64,000 bases of DNA. Origin: a virus. The stretch's first letter is position 1. Each line of letters starts with the position of its first letter. This document shows positions 30,452-40,501 of the stretch, piece after piece. Below the pieces are notes generated by a model that made no database searches, was not told where the DNA came from, and worked only from the letters and a program-made list of their open reading frames with translations. The DNA lies in the IMG/VR virus record IMGVR_UViG_3300022225_001767. The stretch is one strand, 5' to 3'. The position numbers and the translations under genes are program-made.

Positions 30452-31120
30452 ATGAGCAAGCCTTTATTTAACACTGCCGTTGATGCCGCAACAGCAGCAC
30501 GGCTTTTTGCCAAATCAACACTGGATGCGGCAGCAGGGGAGACAAGCACGGCTATTGCAGACATTGCAAGCCTACCCACAGAAAGCATCTCTCTGGTAAG
30601 CCAACGGCTTGCTGTTCAAGTCGCATTGGTCAACAGCGCGATTGTCGAGTGGTCAAGATGCGCACTTTCACATTACGCCTTTAAAACCGCTGCTGAGTTC
30701 ACCTCAGATAACGCTGAGATGAAAGCAGCACTTGAACGAGAGATGTGCACCCACCAAGGCGCTGTAAACCGTGCCAAAGAGACCGCTGCGATGCATGCCG
30801 CATCATTACTGTCTGTGGCAAATGACATACTTGGTTTGCGTGTATCGACTAAGAATATGGATATTGTTCATCGGCGTGAAGCGTTCGCTGTCACGCTGAC
30901 GGTTCATCCACCCGAATCTGGCGAGGATGATTCACTTGTACTAGTCAACAAGGAGAATCAAGAAGCCTACACAGTCTCGGTATCAAGCTTTTTGAAACAA
31001 GCTGATGATGTTGGTAGCGTCGCGTTCACAGGCAGAGAAAAAACATACCACTTGATCTCGCCGTCCGTTGAGCTCGTTTACCTATGGATTGACGCCAACA
31101 GACCGCCAGCTAAGCCTTAG
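30452..31120 (+). CDS. Hypothetical protein
   Basis: After repeat 30390. Confidence 0.85.
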   Translation: MSKPLFNTAVDAATAARLFAKSTLDAAAGETSTAIADIASLPTESISLVSQRLAVQVALVNSAIVEWSRCALSHYAFKTAAEFTSDNAEMKAALEREMCTHQGAVNRAKETAAMHAASLLSVANDILGLRVSTKNMDIVHRREAFAVTLTVHPPESGEDDSLVLVNKENQEAYTVSVSSFLKQADDVGSVAFTGREKTYHLISPSVELVYLWIDANRPPAKP

Positions 31121-31136
31121 CGGACACATTGAACGT

Positions 31137-31167
31137 AAAAAAAAGAGGCTACACCAAGCCTCTTTTT
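31137..31167. terminator. Bidirectional intrinsic terminator
   Basis: A-run-GAGGCT-ACACCA-AGCCTC-T5. Confidence 0.75.
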
Positions 31168-31182
31168 ATGGTAACTTTAACG

Positions 31183-31308
31183 CTACTTTTTTCGTCTACG
31201 CGCTGCAAGCAAGCCTAACAACCCAAAAGCGCTAATGGCTAATGGTGCGGATGCATCAATCAGATTACCTTGCGCGTTAAGCGCAATGCCGTTCATTGAA
31301 TATTTCAT
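31183..31308 (-). pseudogene. Isolated PEP-CTERM-like sorting-signal fragment (41 aa)
   Basis: MKYSMNGIALNAQGNLIDASAPLAISAFGLLGLLAARRRKK*. Confidence 0.65.
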
Positions 31309-31366
31309 TGACAACACTCTCAGAGTTTGAGATACTGGTTTTGTCAGCACAACAATGAGGTTTCAC

Positions 31367-31624
31367 ATGATCATTCATACCGAAAACACAGCGAAGAAAG
31401 CACCTGAAACGTTTTCGTACTATTTCAGCCACGCCACCGGAAAAATGGTGCACTTTGCTTCTCGCACCAATGCAGTGAATTCACCTTCCATGCTGATTGA
31501 GATTGTTGTCGATGCCCACCTTTATGCGCAAGACATTGATGTTATTCTTGATATCAATCTTCCTAAAGCCCAACAGGCCGCGACAGCTGCTATTGAAAAA
31601 CAACAAAGTGAGGCAACTGTATGA
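31367..31624 (+). CDS. Hypothetical protein
   Basis: After repeat 31308. Confidence 0.75.
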   Translation: MIIHTENTAKKAPETFSYYFSHATGKMVHFASRTNAVNSPSMLIEIVVDAHLYAQDIDVILDINLPKAQQAATAAIEKQQSEATV

Positions 31625-31980
31625 CTTACAGTATAAAATGGGACACGCTGAAAAAACGCGCCATAAAACACTTTATGGGTGAAACCGATATCAACAATGG
31701 CCTGATTGGAGGGGCGAGCCGAGACCTTGCTATTGCGGCCATCATGAAACACAACATCACACCTTCGTCATCGCCACTATGCGATGAAAGCAACAACAAC
31801 TGGCGCGCCCTTTTTGAGGCTGAGCGTCAAGAGGGTCAGCGAACCATTTCGCATTGGGATGTTAGATTGGCGCAGACGCTTATCGCAAAATTTCCTACCA
31901 TTATCAGCGCTAAATATGCCAATGTGAAACCTGATGCTGATGTGAATGACAAAGGCGAATGGGTGCTCTTTTTCTCTTAG
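31621..31980 (+). CDS. Hypothetical protein
   Basis: ATGA coupling. Confidence 0.75.
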   Translation: MTYSIKWDTLKKRAIKHFMGETDINNGLIGGASRDLAIAAIMKHNITPSSSPLCDESNNNWRALFEAERQEGQRTISHWDVRLAQTLIAKFPTIISAKYANVKPDADVNDKGEWVLFFS

Positions 31981-32066
31981 TGTAACGCAGCAATAGACGT
32001 AAACCTGTTGACAATCCACACAGGTTTTGAGATACTAACCTTGTCAACACAACAGGAGATAACGCT

Positions 32067-32771
32067 ATGTCAACTTTCGAGAAACAATGGGGCACACTTC
32101 ATTTTTCTAAATCAGGCTACCCCGCTTTTGTGCGCCTTGTAAGGAAAGAGTACAACAGCTACATCGCGGAACTGCGCGACAACGCCTTAAAGGCACACGC
32201 TAAATTAGCCAAGCTTAAGCCTCGCGAGCGCAAGGGGGCGTTTGATAGCATGGTCTCTAGGAACACACTATACCTTAATCCTCCGCGTGAAAGTCACAAT
32301 TGTCTCGTTTACTCAAACGGCTTTGAGTCATCGGCTGCCGACTTGGACAAGCTTCGCGATGAAATGTTTCGCGGCAAAAATGACGCGCTGACGAAGCCAC
32401 GCATGGGAAGCTTTCCAACGCTCACAAATAAACAGACTTCCTTTAGCATTGATTGTGATGACGGCACGTTTACACTAGAGCAGTGCAGTGACGGCTCAGG
32501 GACGCTACATTGGCTCGTGCAATGGGATAATCATGCCGTTCGAGACGCTCAAAACACCGGCACTTACAGTGCGGTAGATGCCGCATTATCGAACCACAAA
32601 TGGAGACGCAATGAAGGGGGCGAGTGGTACTATGAGGATGAGCATTCTCGCGAAGCCGCAGAGGAAAATGGCACAGAAAGCACATCTGTATCCTCTCGAT
32701 TCGGGCCGCTAGGCGAACAGATGCATCATGATCGTTTCAACTTGTCTCGCGGCAAACGCAGGCGCGCTTAA
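32067..32771 (+). CDS. Hypothetical protein
   Basis: After repeat 32008. Confidence 0.85.
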   Translation: MSTFEKQWGTLHFSKSGYPAFVRLVRKEYNSYIAELRDNALKAHAKLAKLKPRERKGAFDSMVSRNTLYLNPPRESHNCLVYSNGFESSAADLDKLRDEMFRGKNDALTKPRMGSFPTLTNKQTSFSIDCDDGTFTLEQCSDGSGTLHWLVQWDNHAVRDAQNTGTYSAVDAALSNHKWRRNEGGEWYYEDEHSREAAEENGTESTSVSSRFGPLGEQMHHDRFNLSRGKRRRA

Positions 32772-32834
32772 CCCTTAGCAGCAAACACAACGGCACAGCA
32801 TAGGGTTGTGCCGATTATTTAAGCGGGAGACACT

Positions 32835-32987
32835 ATGGCATTGCCTACATTCCATGAATTACTGTCACTTGGCATCAAAACGTATGGTGACGCTGATAGC
32901 GAAAGCGCAGACGGCATTTATGAATTAAATGGTGAGACGTATGTTTTAACAGGCACCACGGTTATCAAGCAAAGTGATGTTGATTAG
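32835..32987 (+). CDS. Small hypothetical protein (50 aa)
   Basis: GGGAG RBS; MALPTFHELLSLGIKTYG... Confidence 0.6.
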   Translation: MALPTFHELLSLGIKTYGDADSESADGIYELNGETYVLTGTTVIKQSDVD

Positions 32988-33058
32988 GCTCATCGTCTAT
33001 TGACAACGCTCATCGAATTTGCGATACTAACCCTGTCAACACAACAAAGGTTAGCCCC

Positions 33059-33574
33059 ATGAACTCAGCTTACGCACATGCCAATTTTATCTTTTTGCTT
33101 CAACTTTCAGGTGAAGCCCTTAATTACGCGCTTGCTGATGCCATGAGATTGTCACCTCGCATCAATACCGCAACAGGCCGTACAGAAGTTCCTGTGACGC
33201 CAAAGCTTGAGCGAGTCATGAGTATAACTTTTCCTGAAGCGGAATACGGCAGCATGGTTGAATTCTCACCTGCCACTAACCCTGTCCACGCAGTGATCAT
33301 TCAAAAGTCGTTTCGCATTAACGCCAAGCGTTTTGATACAACAGGCGACAAGTTCATTCCGCTTCGTAAAAACAATACCACGTTTTCCCCTGACGATTCA
33401 CGCAAAGCGGCCTACTTGACGGGTGATACGGTTATGGAAGCCACCACGCGCCTTGCGCTAATGCTGACGTTAGGATTGCATGGTATTAAAAACAACCTCC
33501 ACGGCTATGATGCAGAAAGCGTGAAAATCAATTTTCGCCCCAGTGTCTTAGCACGCCTTCGGACTTTTCCGTAA
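33059..33574 (+). CDS. Hypothetical protein
   Basis: After repeat 33000. Confidence 0.8.
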   Translation: MNSAYAHANFIFLLQLSGEALNYALADAMRLSPRINTATGRTEVPVTPKLERVMSITFPEAEYGSMVEFSPATNPVHAVIIQKSFRINAKRFDTTGDKFIPLRKNNTTFSPDDSRKAAYLTGDTVMEATTRLALMLTLGLHGIKNNLHGYDAESVKINFRPSVLARLRTFP

Positions 33575-33664
33575 GGCGAATCACCTATTAACACATCGTT
33601 TTATGTTGACTTTTTTGCTCAAATTTGAGACAATTTAATCGTCAACACAACCAGAGAGAAAACC

Positions 33665-34150
33665 ATGAGCAAAACCTTTAATCTTTTCGCGCCCGTTGTA
33701 TCTGATTTGAACACCGTTGTTCAGCAGAACAAAAATACTGTATCTATCGCTTCACTTGTCAGTATTGCGGCAATCGCAGCCTTTCAAGCCACCATCAATA
33801 TGGGCAAGCAGGATGTGATCACGAAGGTAGGCAAGCTTGACCCTGACTTCATCTTAACAGAAACTCGTCGCCCATTGTCGTTTTATGAACAAGCAGTGGT
33901 GTGTGCGGCTGAAGCGACCATCATCGAAACCCTGTCACTTCACAGCATCACGCCAGATGAAAAAATTCGTGATATCATCGTAGAGCAATGGATAAACGAA
34001 GGGGCGTTTTTGACGGCTTCTCGCAGCACCGCAGGGTCAATGATGACAGAGGCAGAGCGTGCCGCTGCACGAGGCCGATCTGAAGAAGAAATTCTTGCCG
34101 AATTAGCTTCCGCAGAGGGCGGATGTGCGGGTGGTGCATGCACCATATAG
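33665..34150 (+). CDS. Hypothetical protein ending CAGGACTI
   Basis: After repeat 33606. Confidence 0.85.
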   Translation: MSKTFNLFAPVVSDLNTVVQQNKNTVSIASLVSIAAIAAFQATINMGKQDVITKVGKLDPDFILTETRRPLSFYEQAVVCAAEATIIETLSLHSITPDEKIRDIIVEQWINEGAFLTASRSTAGSMMTEAERAAARGRSEEEILAELASAEGGCAGGACTI

Positions 34151-34256
34151 GGTGCACTTTCGCCACTTCTCACTTTTAGGTACGTTGCACGAAACGGCAG
34201 CCTGTTATGACACGCTGCCAACATCACCACGTTATAATCACCAACAAGGACACACT

Positions 34257-34976
34257 ATGCGTACGTCATTTGTCACCTTGCTGTTTTCTGTCTTTCTGTC
34301 TACATCGGCTTTCGCTGTTGATGTCGTAAAGAAAAGCAGTAGCGGTATTTGCCACGACACCAGCAGCAGCTGGTATGAAAAAACGAAGAACTTCACAGCC
34401 TATGCCACCATGGAGGCCTGTATTGATTCTGGTGGACGCGCACCGCGCAATTACACCGGCACCAAACCGAAAGACAACCTGCCGCAAGGCGAACGCTATG
34501 ATCGCGACGCATGGGAACACTGGGTGGATGACGATAATGATTGTCAGAACACGCGCGCTGAGGTCTTGATTGCTCACTCAACGACCCCCGTTCTTTACAA
34601 TAACATTATCAAACGATGTTATGTGACACGGGGGAAGTGGTATGGCGTCTACTCCGGCAAATTCTATTATGACGACGACGATCTTGATATTGACCACATT
34701 GTGCCCCTTGCTTATGCGCATGCGCACGGTGGTGATAAATGGAGCGCCGCTCAAAAGCGTGCTTTTGCCAACGATATGGACAACCTTCTCCCTGTTAGCG
34801 CATCATTAAACAGGCAGAAATCGGCAAAAGGGCCGACTGATTGGATGCCGCCCTATCAACCTTACCGCTGTGAGTATTTGGGTGAGTTTGACGGCATTAT
34901 GAAAAAGTACTCCCTTGAGTATTTCCCTCACGAACTGCGCGTTATCAACAAAATGAAAAGCGCCTGCGGTATGTAA
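34257..34976 (+). CDS. Secreted HNH endonuclease (DUF1524-like)
   Basis: Signal peptide; CQNTRAEVL, DIDHIVPL, FANDMDNLL, NRQKSAKGP..W.P. Confidence 0.85.
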   Translation: MRTSFVTLLFSVFLSTSAFAVDVVKKSSSGICHDTSSSWYEKTKNFTAYATMEACIDSGGRAPRNYTGTKPKDNLPQGERYDRDAWEHWVDDDNDCQNTRAEVLIAHSTTPVLYNNIIKRCYVTRGKWYGVYSGKFYYDDDDLDIDHIVPLAYAHAHGGDKWSAAQKRAFANDMDNLLPVSASLNRQKSAKGPTDWMPPYQPYRCEYLGEFDGIMKKYSLEYFPHELRVINKMKSACGM

Positions 34977-35002
34977 ACACCAAGACGTTTATTGCATGTA
35001 CT

Positions 35003-35030
35003 AAAAAAGCGCCTCATTTGGCGCTTTTTT
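35003..35030. terminator. Bidirectional intrinsic terminator
   Basis: A6-GCGCC-TCATTT-GGCGC-T6. Confidence 0.85.
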
Positions 35031-35051
35031 GATTTGTGACCCTTATCGGCA

Positions 35052-35432
35052 TTAGCACAGCAGGTCGACAACAACGGCCAATCGCCGCTTCTGTTCATTT
35101 AATGCTTCCGCAAGAGTAACCAGTTCATCGTCGGCATCCGCCATTTGAGCCAGCATTACGATGCGCTTTGTGTGCTCTGCAATACTATGCGACAATTCCG
35201 ACTTCATTGTTTCGAGGTCGGCCTTTGATGGTGTAGACGCATTAACCTTTGAAGTGAGCGCCTGCATATCAACACCTTTTAACGTTCTGCCGATATGAAT
35301 GTTACCCGACAGTGGGTTTAAGGCATTGCTAAAATAGAAACCATGCTTATTCTTTCTGAGCGTTAAATGCATGGCTTTTTCTTTTGTGATAAGCGCACTT
35401 AAATGCACTTGTGTTACCGTGACTTCAGACAT
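35052..35432 (-). CDS. Hypothetical protein
   Basis: AAGGAG RBS. Confidence 0.8.
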   Translation of the reverse strand: MSEVTVTQVHLSALITKEKAMHLTLRKNKHGFYFSNALNPLSGNIHIGRTLKGVDMQALTSKVNASTPSKADLETMKSELSHSIAEHTKRIVMLAQMADADDELVTLAEALNEQKRRLAVVVDLLC

Positions 35433-35507
35433 TGCTTTTCTCCTTGGTGGTGAAGTTAAATTATACCACCATATGACCTATTTTCCAATTGCTTTTGCCC
35501 TTCTTAT

Positions 35508-36122
35508 TTAGCGCGACGTTAATACGTCATACTCTAAACTGTTCCTCACAATACTGCCCATGATCTCAGCAACATCAACCAGGCCTTGCTGCTCAAGTGT
35601 CACCAGGGCTTCTTTTAACAAGGGGTGGTTGGCCAGCTCTCGCGCATCATCACTTAACGCCTCTGCGGTAGACTCGTGCGCGTCAGCGGGCACATCGCTC
35701 ATATCATCCACTTGCTGTGCGTCCAATATGTTTGATGACACTTGTGATTTCCACATATTTATTTTTTGCTCGCATGCTTTCAATGCATCATTTGGCGCAT
35801 CTTCATCGCTATGCTTCTGTTGAAATACATGCGCTTTAGGGGGGAGGGCGGCCAGCACGTCTGACGCCCTAACCTCGTGTGTATCGTCAAGTAACGCCCC
35901 CGCTTTCGCTTGGATTTTTAGCCAGTTGTACAGGCCATCAATAGCCGCAGAGGGAGCAATCACCGGTGCCGGTGTTAATTGATTGGTTAGTATCGCAATA
36001 TCAGCACAGTTTTGCCCTTTTGCGATGGCGCTTCGCAGTCGCGTGGCGGGCATCTTCGTGTGCTGCGCAGTGTCTTTTGAAAATTGGTCGAGTGAATGTT
36101 TGCTATCAATAATAATAAACAC
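35508..36122 (-). CDS. Hypothetical protein of the structured-leader class
   Basis: GAGGA RBS, GTG start; RLRSAIAKGQNCADI. Confidence 0.75.
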   Translation of the reverse strand: MFIIIDSKHSLDQFSKDTAQHTKMPATRLRSAIAKGQNCADIAILTNQLTPAPVIAPSAAIDGLYNWLKIQAKAGALLDDTHEVRASDVLAALPPKAHVFQQKHSDEDAPNDALKACEQKINMWKSQVSSNILDAQQVDDMSDVPADAHESTAEALSDDARELANHPLLKEALVTLEQQGLVDVAEIMGSIVRNSLEYDVLTSR

Positions 36123-36370
36123 AATAATATCCTCTTTGTCGTCGGTATAAGGTGATGAGTTCGGCCATTGCCCAACAACCGACTAAAAAGTCATATTGTG
36201 GTTGATGCAAATAGTGGTTGATGCAGTTTACCTTACTCAGGCAGACCATAAGACAGGTCGGCGAGTGGCCGTAGAGGGATGCCGTCCCAAGCACCGGCTT
36301 ATCAGATGCATAACATGCAAATGGGCAGCGCTATGGTGAAAATAATATCAACATCAACCTGTGCTGTCAA
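36123..36370 (-). promoter_or_regulatory. Box-less promoter with ~215 nt structured leader
   Basis: TTGACA-N17-TATTAT; GTCGGT/ACCGAC stem just before the RBS. Confidence 0.6.
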
Positions 36371-36377
36371 CATAAAG

Positions 36378-36408
36378 CAAAAGGGCTGCAAGCGCAGCCC
36401 TTTTTTTG
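36378..36408. terminator. Intrinsic terminator
   Basis: AAAAGGGCTGC-AAGC-GCAGCCC-T7. Confidence 0.8.
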
Positions 36409-36416
36409 ATCACCCA

Positions 36417-37187
36417 CTAACTCGAAAGCGTAACTAAAAAACATCCTTCTGGAATATCATCACGTGGTACCACAGCAAGGCCTGATGTCGTTTGGATGTC
36501 ATGAAAACAAGCCAAAAACCCAGTCTTATTACGCAGCGTTTCCATAACATCTTCGCTGCTTCCATCGAAACCAACAGGGACATGAATGGCGACGACAGAG
36601 TAAACGCCCTGAATGCGGTCGATCACATGCTCTTCAAATTGGTCAATAGCGCCGATGTTTACTTTATCTGCACCCATAAGTGTGGTTGAACTTGCATCTG
36701 GCATCACCCACTCTTCATTGGTGTTTTCATTAATATAAAGCGTAAAGCGCTTCGTATCACTCGTTTCAATAATATCTTGCATGGCGTATTCTGCCATGCA
36801 GTGAACGGTTACATCACCCAATAAACTCTGCTTGAATTGCTGTTCGCCATTCGGGAAGCCGATAAGTTTTAAGGTAATATCGCGGAGGCGGTCTCGCCCT
36901 TTACTTTTATCCGTATTTATCGTGATATCGAGTGTGTCAGCAAGGATGCGCTTGACGTGCTCCTCAGTGACACAAAGTGACGCTTCGTCTTTTACCTCTG
37001 CCATAGGGTTGTTGACATAAGTGTTAACTTCACCTTTTACGACAGGGTACGCCAAGCATGAGCAAAGGGGGCATTCGCAGGTTGTGAAAGACTGACCGCT
37101 ATCGAAGCGCTCACTTGCACGTCTTACAGCATTAAATTCGCTTTCATTTTGCGTAAAGTTACAGTTATCGCAGCGATAATACATCAT
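36417..37187 (-). CDS. Zn-ribbon plus helix-GFPN protein
   Basis: Start moved to MMYYRCDNC after GAGGA; CDNC..CPLC; DITLKLIGFPNG. Confidence 0.75.
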   Translation of the reverse strand: MMYYRCDNCNFTQNESEFNAVRRASERFDSGQSFTTCECPLCSCLAYPVVKGEVNTYVNNPMAEVKDEASLCVTEEHVKRILADTLDITINTDKSKGRDRLRDITLKLIGFPNGEQQFKQSLLGDVTVHCMAEYAMQDIIETSDTKRFTLYINENTNEEWVMPDASSTTLMGADKVNIGAIDQFEEHVIDRIQGVYSVVAIHVPVGFDGSSEDVMETLRNKTGFLACFHDIQTTSGLAVVPRDDIPEGCFLVTLSS

Positions 37188-37421
37188 CGTATTCCTCATA
37201 GTATGACAGGTTGCGTCTACGTTCCTCAACTTGTCACGTATCGTGAACAAGTATGATGTTTTTTGCGTCATCGTAAATGGATGTTTGCGTTGCGTTATCA
37301 GCACTGCGTTATGCAGTTGTAGACGAGCCAAGGCCGCCGCCTCACATACACCACCATCAACCAATTGGTGTGGCGTCATACGTGTTAAGCCTATTATCCA
37401 TAAATCTTGGAGTGTTGTCAA
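37188..37421 (-). promoter_or_regulatory. Box-less promoter with ~200 nt structured leader
   Basis: TTGACA-N17-GATAAT; GTGACAAGTTG/CAACCTGTCAT stem before the RBS. Confidence 0.6.
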
Positions 37422-37517
37422 TGGGTTTATTTTTAATAAGGTTTTCTTTTTATGCTTGACAACGCACTCAGAGTTTGAGATACTACATCTGTCAACACAA
37501 CAACTCAGGACGCCATT

Positions 37518-37991
37518 ATGACGACCCCAACATCTACCATTGCACCGTTTGTTATTCCTGCGAACATTATCGCATCACTGCCAGATTACAGTGATGTCAG
37601 TGACACACTGCCATCCATGCAGAGCGAGCTACTTAACGCTGATGCGAATTTAAAGCTTGATGCTGATGCCGCAATGACCATTGCTATGAAAATGGGCGAT
37701 GAAGCTAAAGGTCTACTTGATTGGACGCTGCTTGGGGCGTGCGGGTGGACGTTGAGCACGTTAGATGCGAAAGCTAAGAGTCGTTTCGTCGACTGGACTG
37801 AAGTTATGATAGACGCTATCACCAGCGACGACCAATGCCCGCTTAAAGAGACCGGCAAGGTTATTCTTCATTGGTCTGAAGCGGCACCTGCATCACGTGC
37901 AGCAGTAGATGCGTTTTACGTAGCGCTAATGGGGAAACCATTGACGACGCTGTTCAACGAAATTAACGCTGAAATCAGCAACGCACACTAA
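37518..37991 (+). CDS. Hypothetical protein
   Basis: After repeat 37456; two similar G(W/K).L.TL helices. Confidence 0.85.
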   Translation: MTTPTSTIAPFVIPANIIASLPDYSDVSDTLPSMQSELLNADANLKLDADAAMTIAMKMGDEAKGLLDWTLLGACGWTLSTLDAKAKSRFVDWTEVMIDAITSDDQCPLKETGKVILHWSEAAPASRAAVDAFYVALMGKPLTTLFNEINAEISNAH

Positions 37992-38044
37992 TAACGAGTG
38001 GTGCAAGGTGCGATGGCGCCTTGCATCAACGAGGACGATTTGTC

Positions 38045-38482
38045 ATGAAAATGAAGCTTATTACTTACACCCGAAAGACGACCATTGAGAATCTTAATAC
38101 GCTCATCAAAAAAGGCCGCTACACCTTTCCGGCTGATGTGGCAGACATCAAGGACTTGTCGCTGATTGCTACCGCCGCCGTCGAGATGATTGCATCTAGC
38201 ATCGATCTTCCTCCGGCATTGGCTATTGAGGACGACAATGGTTATTTTCACTTCATCGCTAATTACCAGACACTTTACGCGTTAACAGCGTTCCTCAACG
38301 GCAATATCACGCTCACTGAAAGCGTTATCGATGACAGTGTCAGTAATATGAAAGCTGATGAACTTGATTTACATCTTTATGAGCGCATTGTCGACAAGTA
38401 CTTCACTGTATCTTCATGTCTTGGTAAAAACCTTGTGGAGCCTGAAGTAGAAGAGCTTGTCCGCCGTTACAATTTACTTTAA
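38045..38482 (+). CDS. Degenerate DUF262/GmrS-like (ParB/Srx fold) protein
   Basis: IDLPPALAIEDDNGYFHFIANYQTLYALTAF resembles the P.P...DG...IDGQQRL region. Confidence 0.5.
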   Translation: MKMKLITYTRKTTIENLNTLIKKGRYTFPADVADIKDLSLIATAAVEMIASSIDLPPALAIEDDNGYFHFIANYQTLYALTAFLNGNITLTESVIDDSVSNMKADELDLHLYERIVDKYFTVSSCLGKNLVEPEVEELVRRYNLL

Positions 38483-38558
38483 ATCACGGAAGGGCGAGAT
38501 ATCATTTTCGCCTTTCCTTCACTACAAATTAACCCCCCACCACCACGAAGGGAAGAGT

Positions 38559-39056
38559 ATGAAAACTGTAAATGTAGGCTATCTGGGTATTACCATTTCA
38601 CACTGTGAAACAAACAAAAACAATGCCTCAATATCATCTAACATGAAGATGAAAAACACGGAAGGCAATGCAGCATTTAACCTTGCCGTCGCGCACCTTG
38701 AGTCGCTTATTTTAGGTCACTTTATCGCAGGTGTAGATGTGACTTCACAAGATTACCAGACGGGCGTGATGGCCATGTACGAATCGCTTAAAGACTTGGC
38801 TGAAGATCTTCATGATGAAAGCGGCAATGGTATCGTTCGCGTGCAAAAATACTGTCGCGTTAACGCCATTGTTGATCAAAGCATCACCTACGACATTAAG
38901 AAGTCAGATTGGACAGCATCACTTGACGAGCATGGCGACGAAAAAGACGCGTTGGATGCGCTCATCAGCGACAAGCGTGTGACTTGCACTCTCATTGACA
39001 ACGACGTTGATGAAGTCAATGCCGAGTTTGATGTTAATGTCGAGCGCTTGAGCTAA
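38559..39056 (+). CDS. Hypothetical protein
   Basis: AGGGAAGAG RBS. Confidence 0.75.
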   Translation: MKTVNVGYLGITISHCETNKNNASISSNMKMKNTEGNAAFNLAVAHLESLILGHFIAGVDVTSQDYQTGVMAMYESLKDLAEDLHDESGNGIVRVQKYCRVNAIVDQSITYDIKKSDWTASLDEHGDEKDALDALISDKRVTCTLIDNDVDEVNAEFDVNVERLS

Positions 39057-39142
39057 CTTGTGTTGTGGCACGGCAATAAAAACATTGACAACTCACACAG
39101 CATTTGAGATACTGTTCCTGTCAACACAACAGGAACTTTATT

Positions 39143-39583
39143 ATGGATGCCAACTGCTACCACTTACGCTATGTCGATACTCGTGATGGGCTTCAGCCAC
39201 CGCAAGGTGCGGAACTGTACAATCAGCTCAATGGTGCACCGCTACATGCAGGCGATAAGCTCATTATGCAGGACGGACAGCTGCTGGCGAAGGTGGTTAG
39301 CAACCTAACCGACTTCACCGAAGATTTAACACAGGAGCAGTGCGACGACATTTTGTCTACCGCACCAATGCTGGTGGTCTGTCAGCGAAACACGGGTGGC
39401 ACGGTAAGCTTCACACGACGCGCGTACGCCGAGCGTCAAGTGATGACTGCCGACGGTGTTATCATGTCACAATATCTCGTTAAAGCCTTTGGTGAGGCTG
39501 CATGGGTAAACAAAGGTCGTTTGGAAATTCTGCTCAATGAGTGGCAGTATCAGTCGGAAAAAGAAGCAGGTCGGGTGATTTAA
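39143..39583 (+). CDS. Hypothetical protein
   Basis: After repeat 39085. Confidence 0.8.
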   Translation: MDANCYHLRYVDTRDGLQPPQGAELYNQLNGAPLHAGDKLIMQDGQLLAKVVSNLTDFTEDLTQEQCDDILSTAPMLVVCQRNTGGTVSFTRRAYAERQVMTADGVIMSQYLVKAFGEAAWVNKGRLEILLNEWQYQSEKEAGRVI

Positions 39584-39655
39584 TTCACCTGACGGCTTGA
39601 CAACGCACACTGATTTTGAGATACTAACCCTGTCAACACAACAGAGAGATTTACC

Positions 39656-40048
39656 ATGAACGCACTGACTCACGCACAACGTCAATTTATCGATACCTTT
39701 GAGGGCGAAAAACGCGACCAAATTACCGACACGCTTTCGCGCGGTGAGGTGCTTTTTGCTGAGGTTGTCATTTGTATGAGCGGCCAATACTCAACAGGCT
39801 CTTTAGGTGATGTCGAGGATGCAATCCCTGCCCTTGATGTACGCAGTGAAATCGAAGCATGCATCGCTGAAAACGTAGAAGAATATGAGCGTCAAGTCCG
39901 TGAGGGTGAACGCGATGAAGATGACGAGTGGGAAGGTGACTTGATGGCTGTTCGCTGGAATGGCGACGACACGCTGTCATTCTATACACCGGAAAATCTT
40001 GATGAGGAAATTACTCGTCAAACGCTGGCTGAAGTGTGCGGCCATTAG
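39656..40048 (+). CDS. Very acidic hypothetical protein
   Basis: After repeat 39597. Confidence 0.85.
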   Translation: MNALTHAQRQFIDTFEGEKRDQITDTLSRGEVLFAEVVICMSGQYSTGSLGDVEDAIPALDVRSEIEACIAENVEEYERQVREGERDEDDEWEGDLMAVRWNGDDTLSFYTPENLDEEITRQTLAEVCGH

Positions 40049-40118
40049 GTCGCCTTATTACCGGCTCTTGGTATTGTCTGCAACACAGGCAGCAACCGCT
40101 TTAATGCTAATTTTTATA

Positions 40119-40170
40119 CCTTGGTGATGTGCTGACACACTCACCCCAGCCCGCCATGCGCGGGCTTTTT
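40119..40170 (+). ncRNA. Hairpin plus terminator module carrying anti-leader sequence, copy 1
   Basis: GGTGA-TGTG-CTGA-CACA-C-TCACC, then GCCCGC..GCGGGC-T5; TGTGCTGACA is the reverse complement of TGTCAGCACA. Confidence 0.55.
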
Positions 40171-40273
40171 CTTATCTCTCATTACATCAAAATCTTGACA
40201 ACACTCGCAGTTTTTGAGATACTAACCTTGTCAACACACATCGCCCCAGCGATAACAAATAAGGTTAACATTT

Positions 40274-40501
40274 ATGCCCACTCATCCATGCAGCATCAGT
40301 GATGCCATCAACACCTGCGCAGGGGAGCTCCCAGAGGGATGGCGAGTGCGACTTGATATTGAACTACACGGCTCAGGCATGTCCATCATCGATCCGGATG
40401 GCAATGAACACGATTTTGACAGCGGAGGCGAAAGCCTTGCCGATGATTTTCTTTACGCCCTTGAATTGGCGAAACAAAAACACAACAAGGAAAAATCATG
40501 A
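40274..40501 (+). CDS. Small hypothetical protein
   Basis: After repeat 40195; TAAGG RBS. Confidence 0.75.
   Translation: MPTHPCSISDAINTCAGELPEGWRVRLDIELHGSGMSIIDPDGNEHDFDSGGESLADDFLYALELAKQKHNKEKS

Noticed and set aside
37188-37421. 78-aa N-terminal extension of ORF 36417..37421, and similar extensions at 57353 and 15627
   Set aside because: They overlap promoter or leader sequence; a strong RBS precedes the internal ATG in each case.
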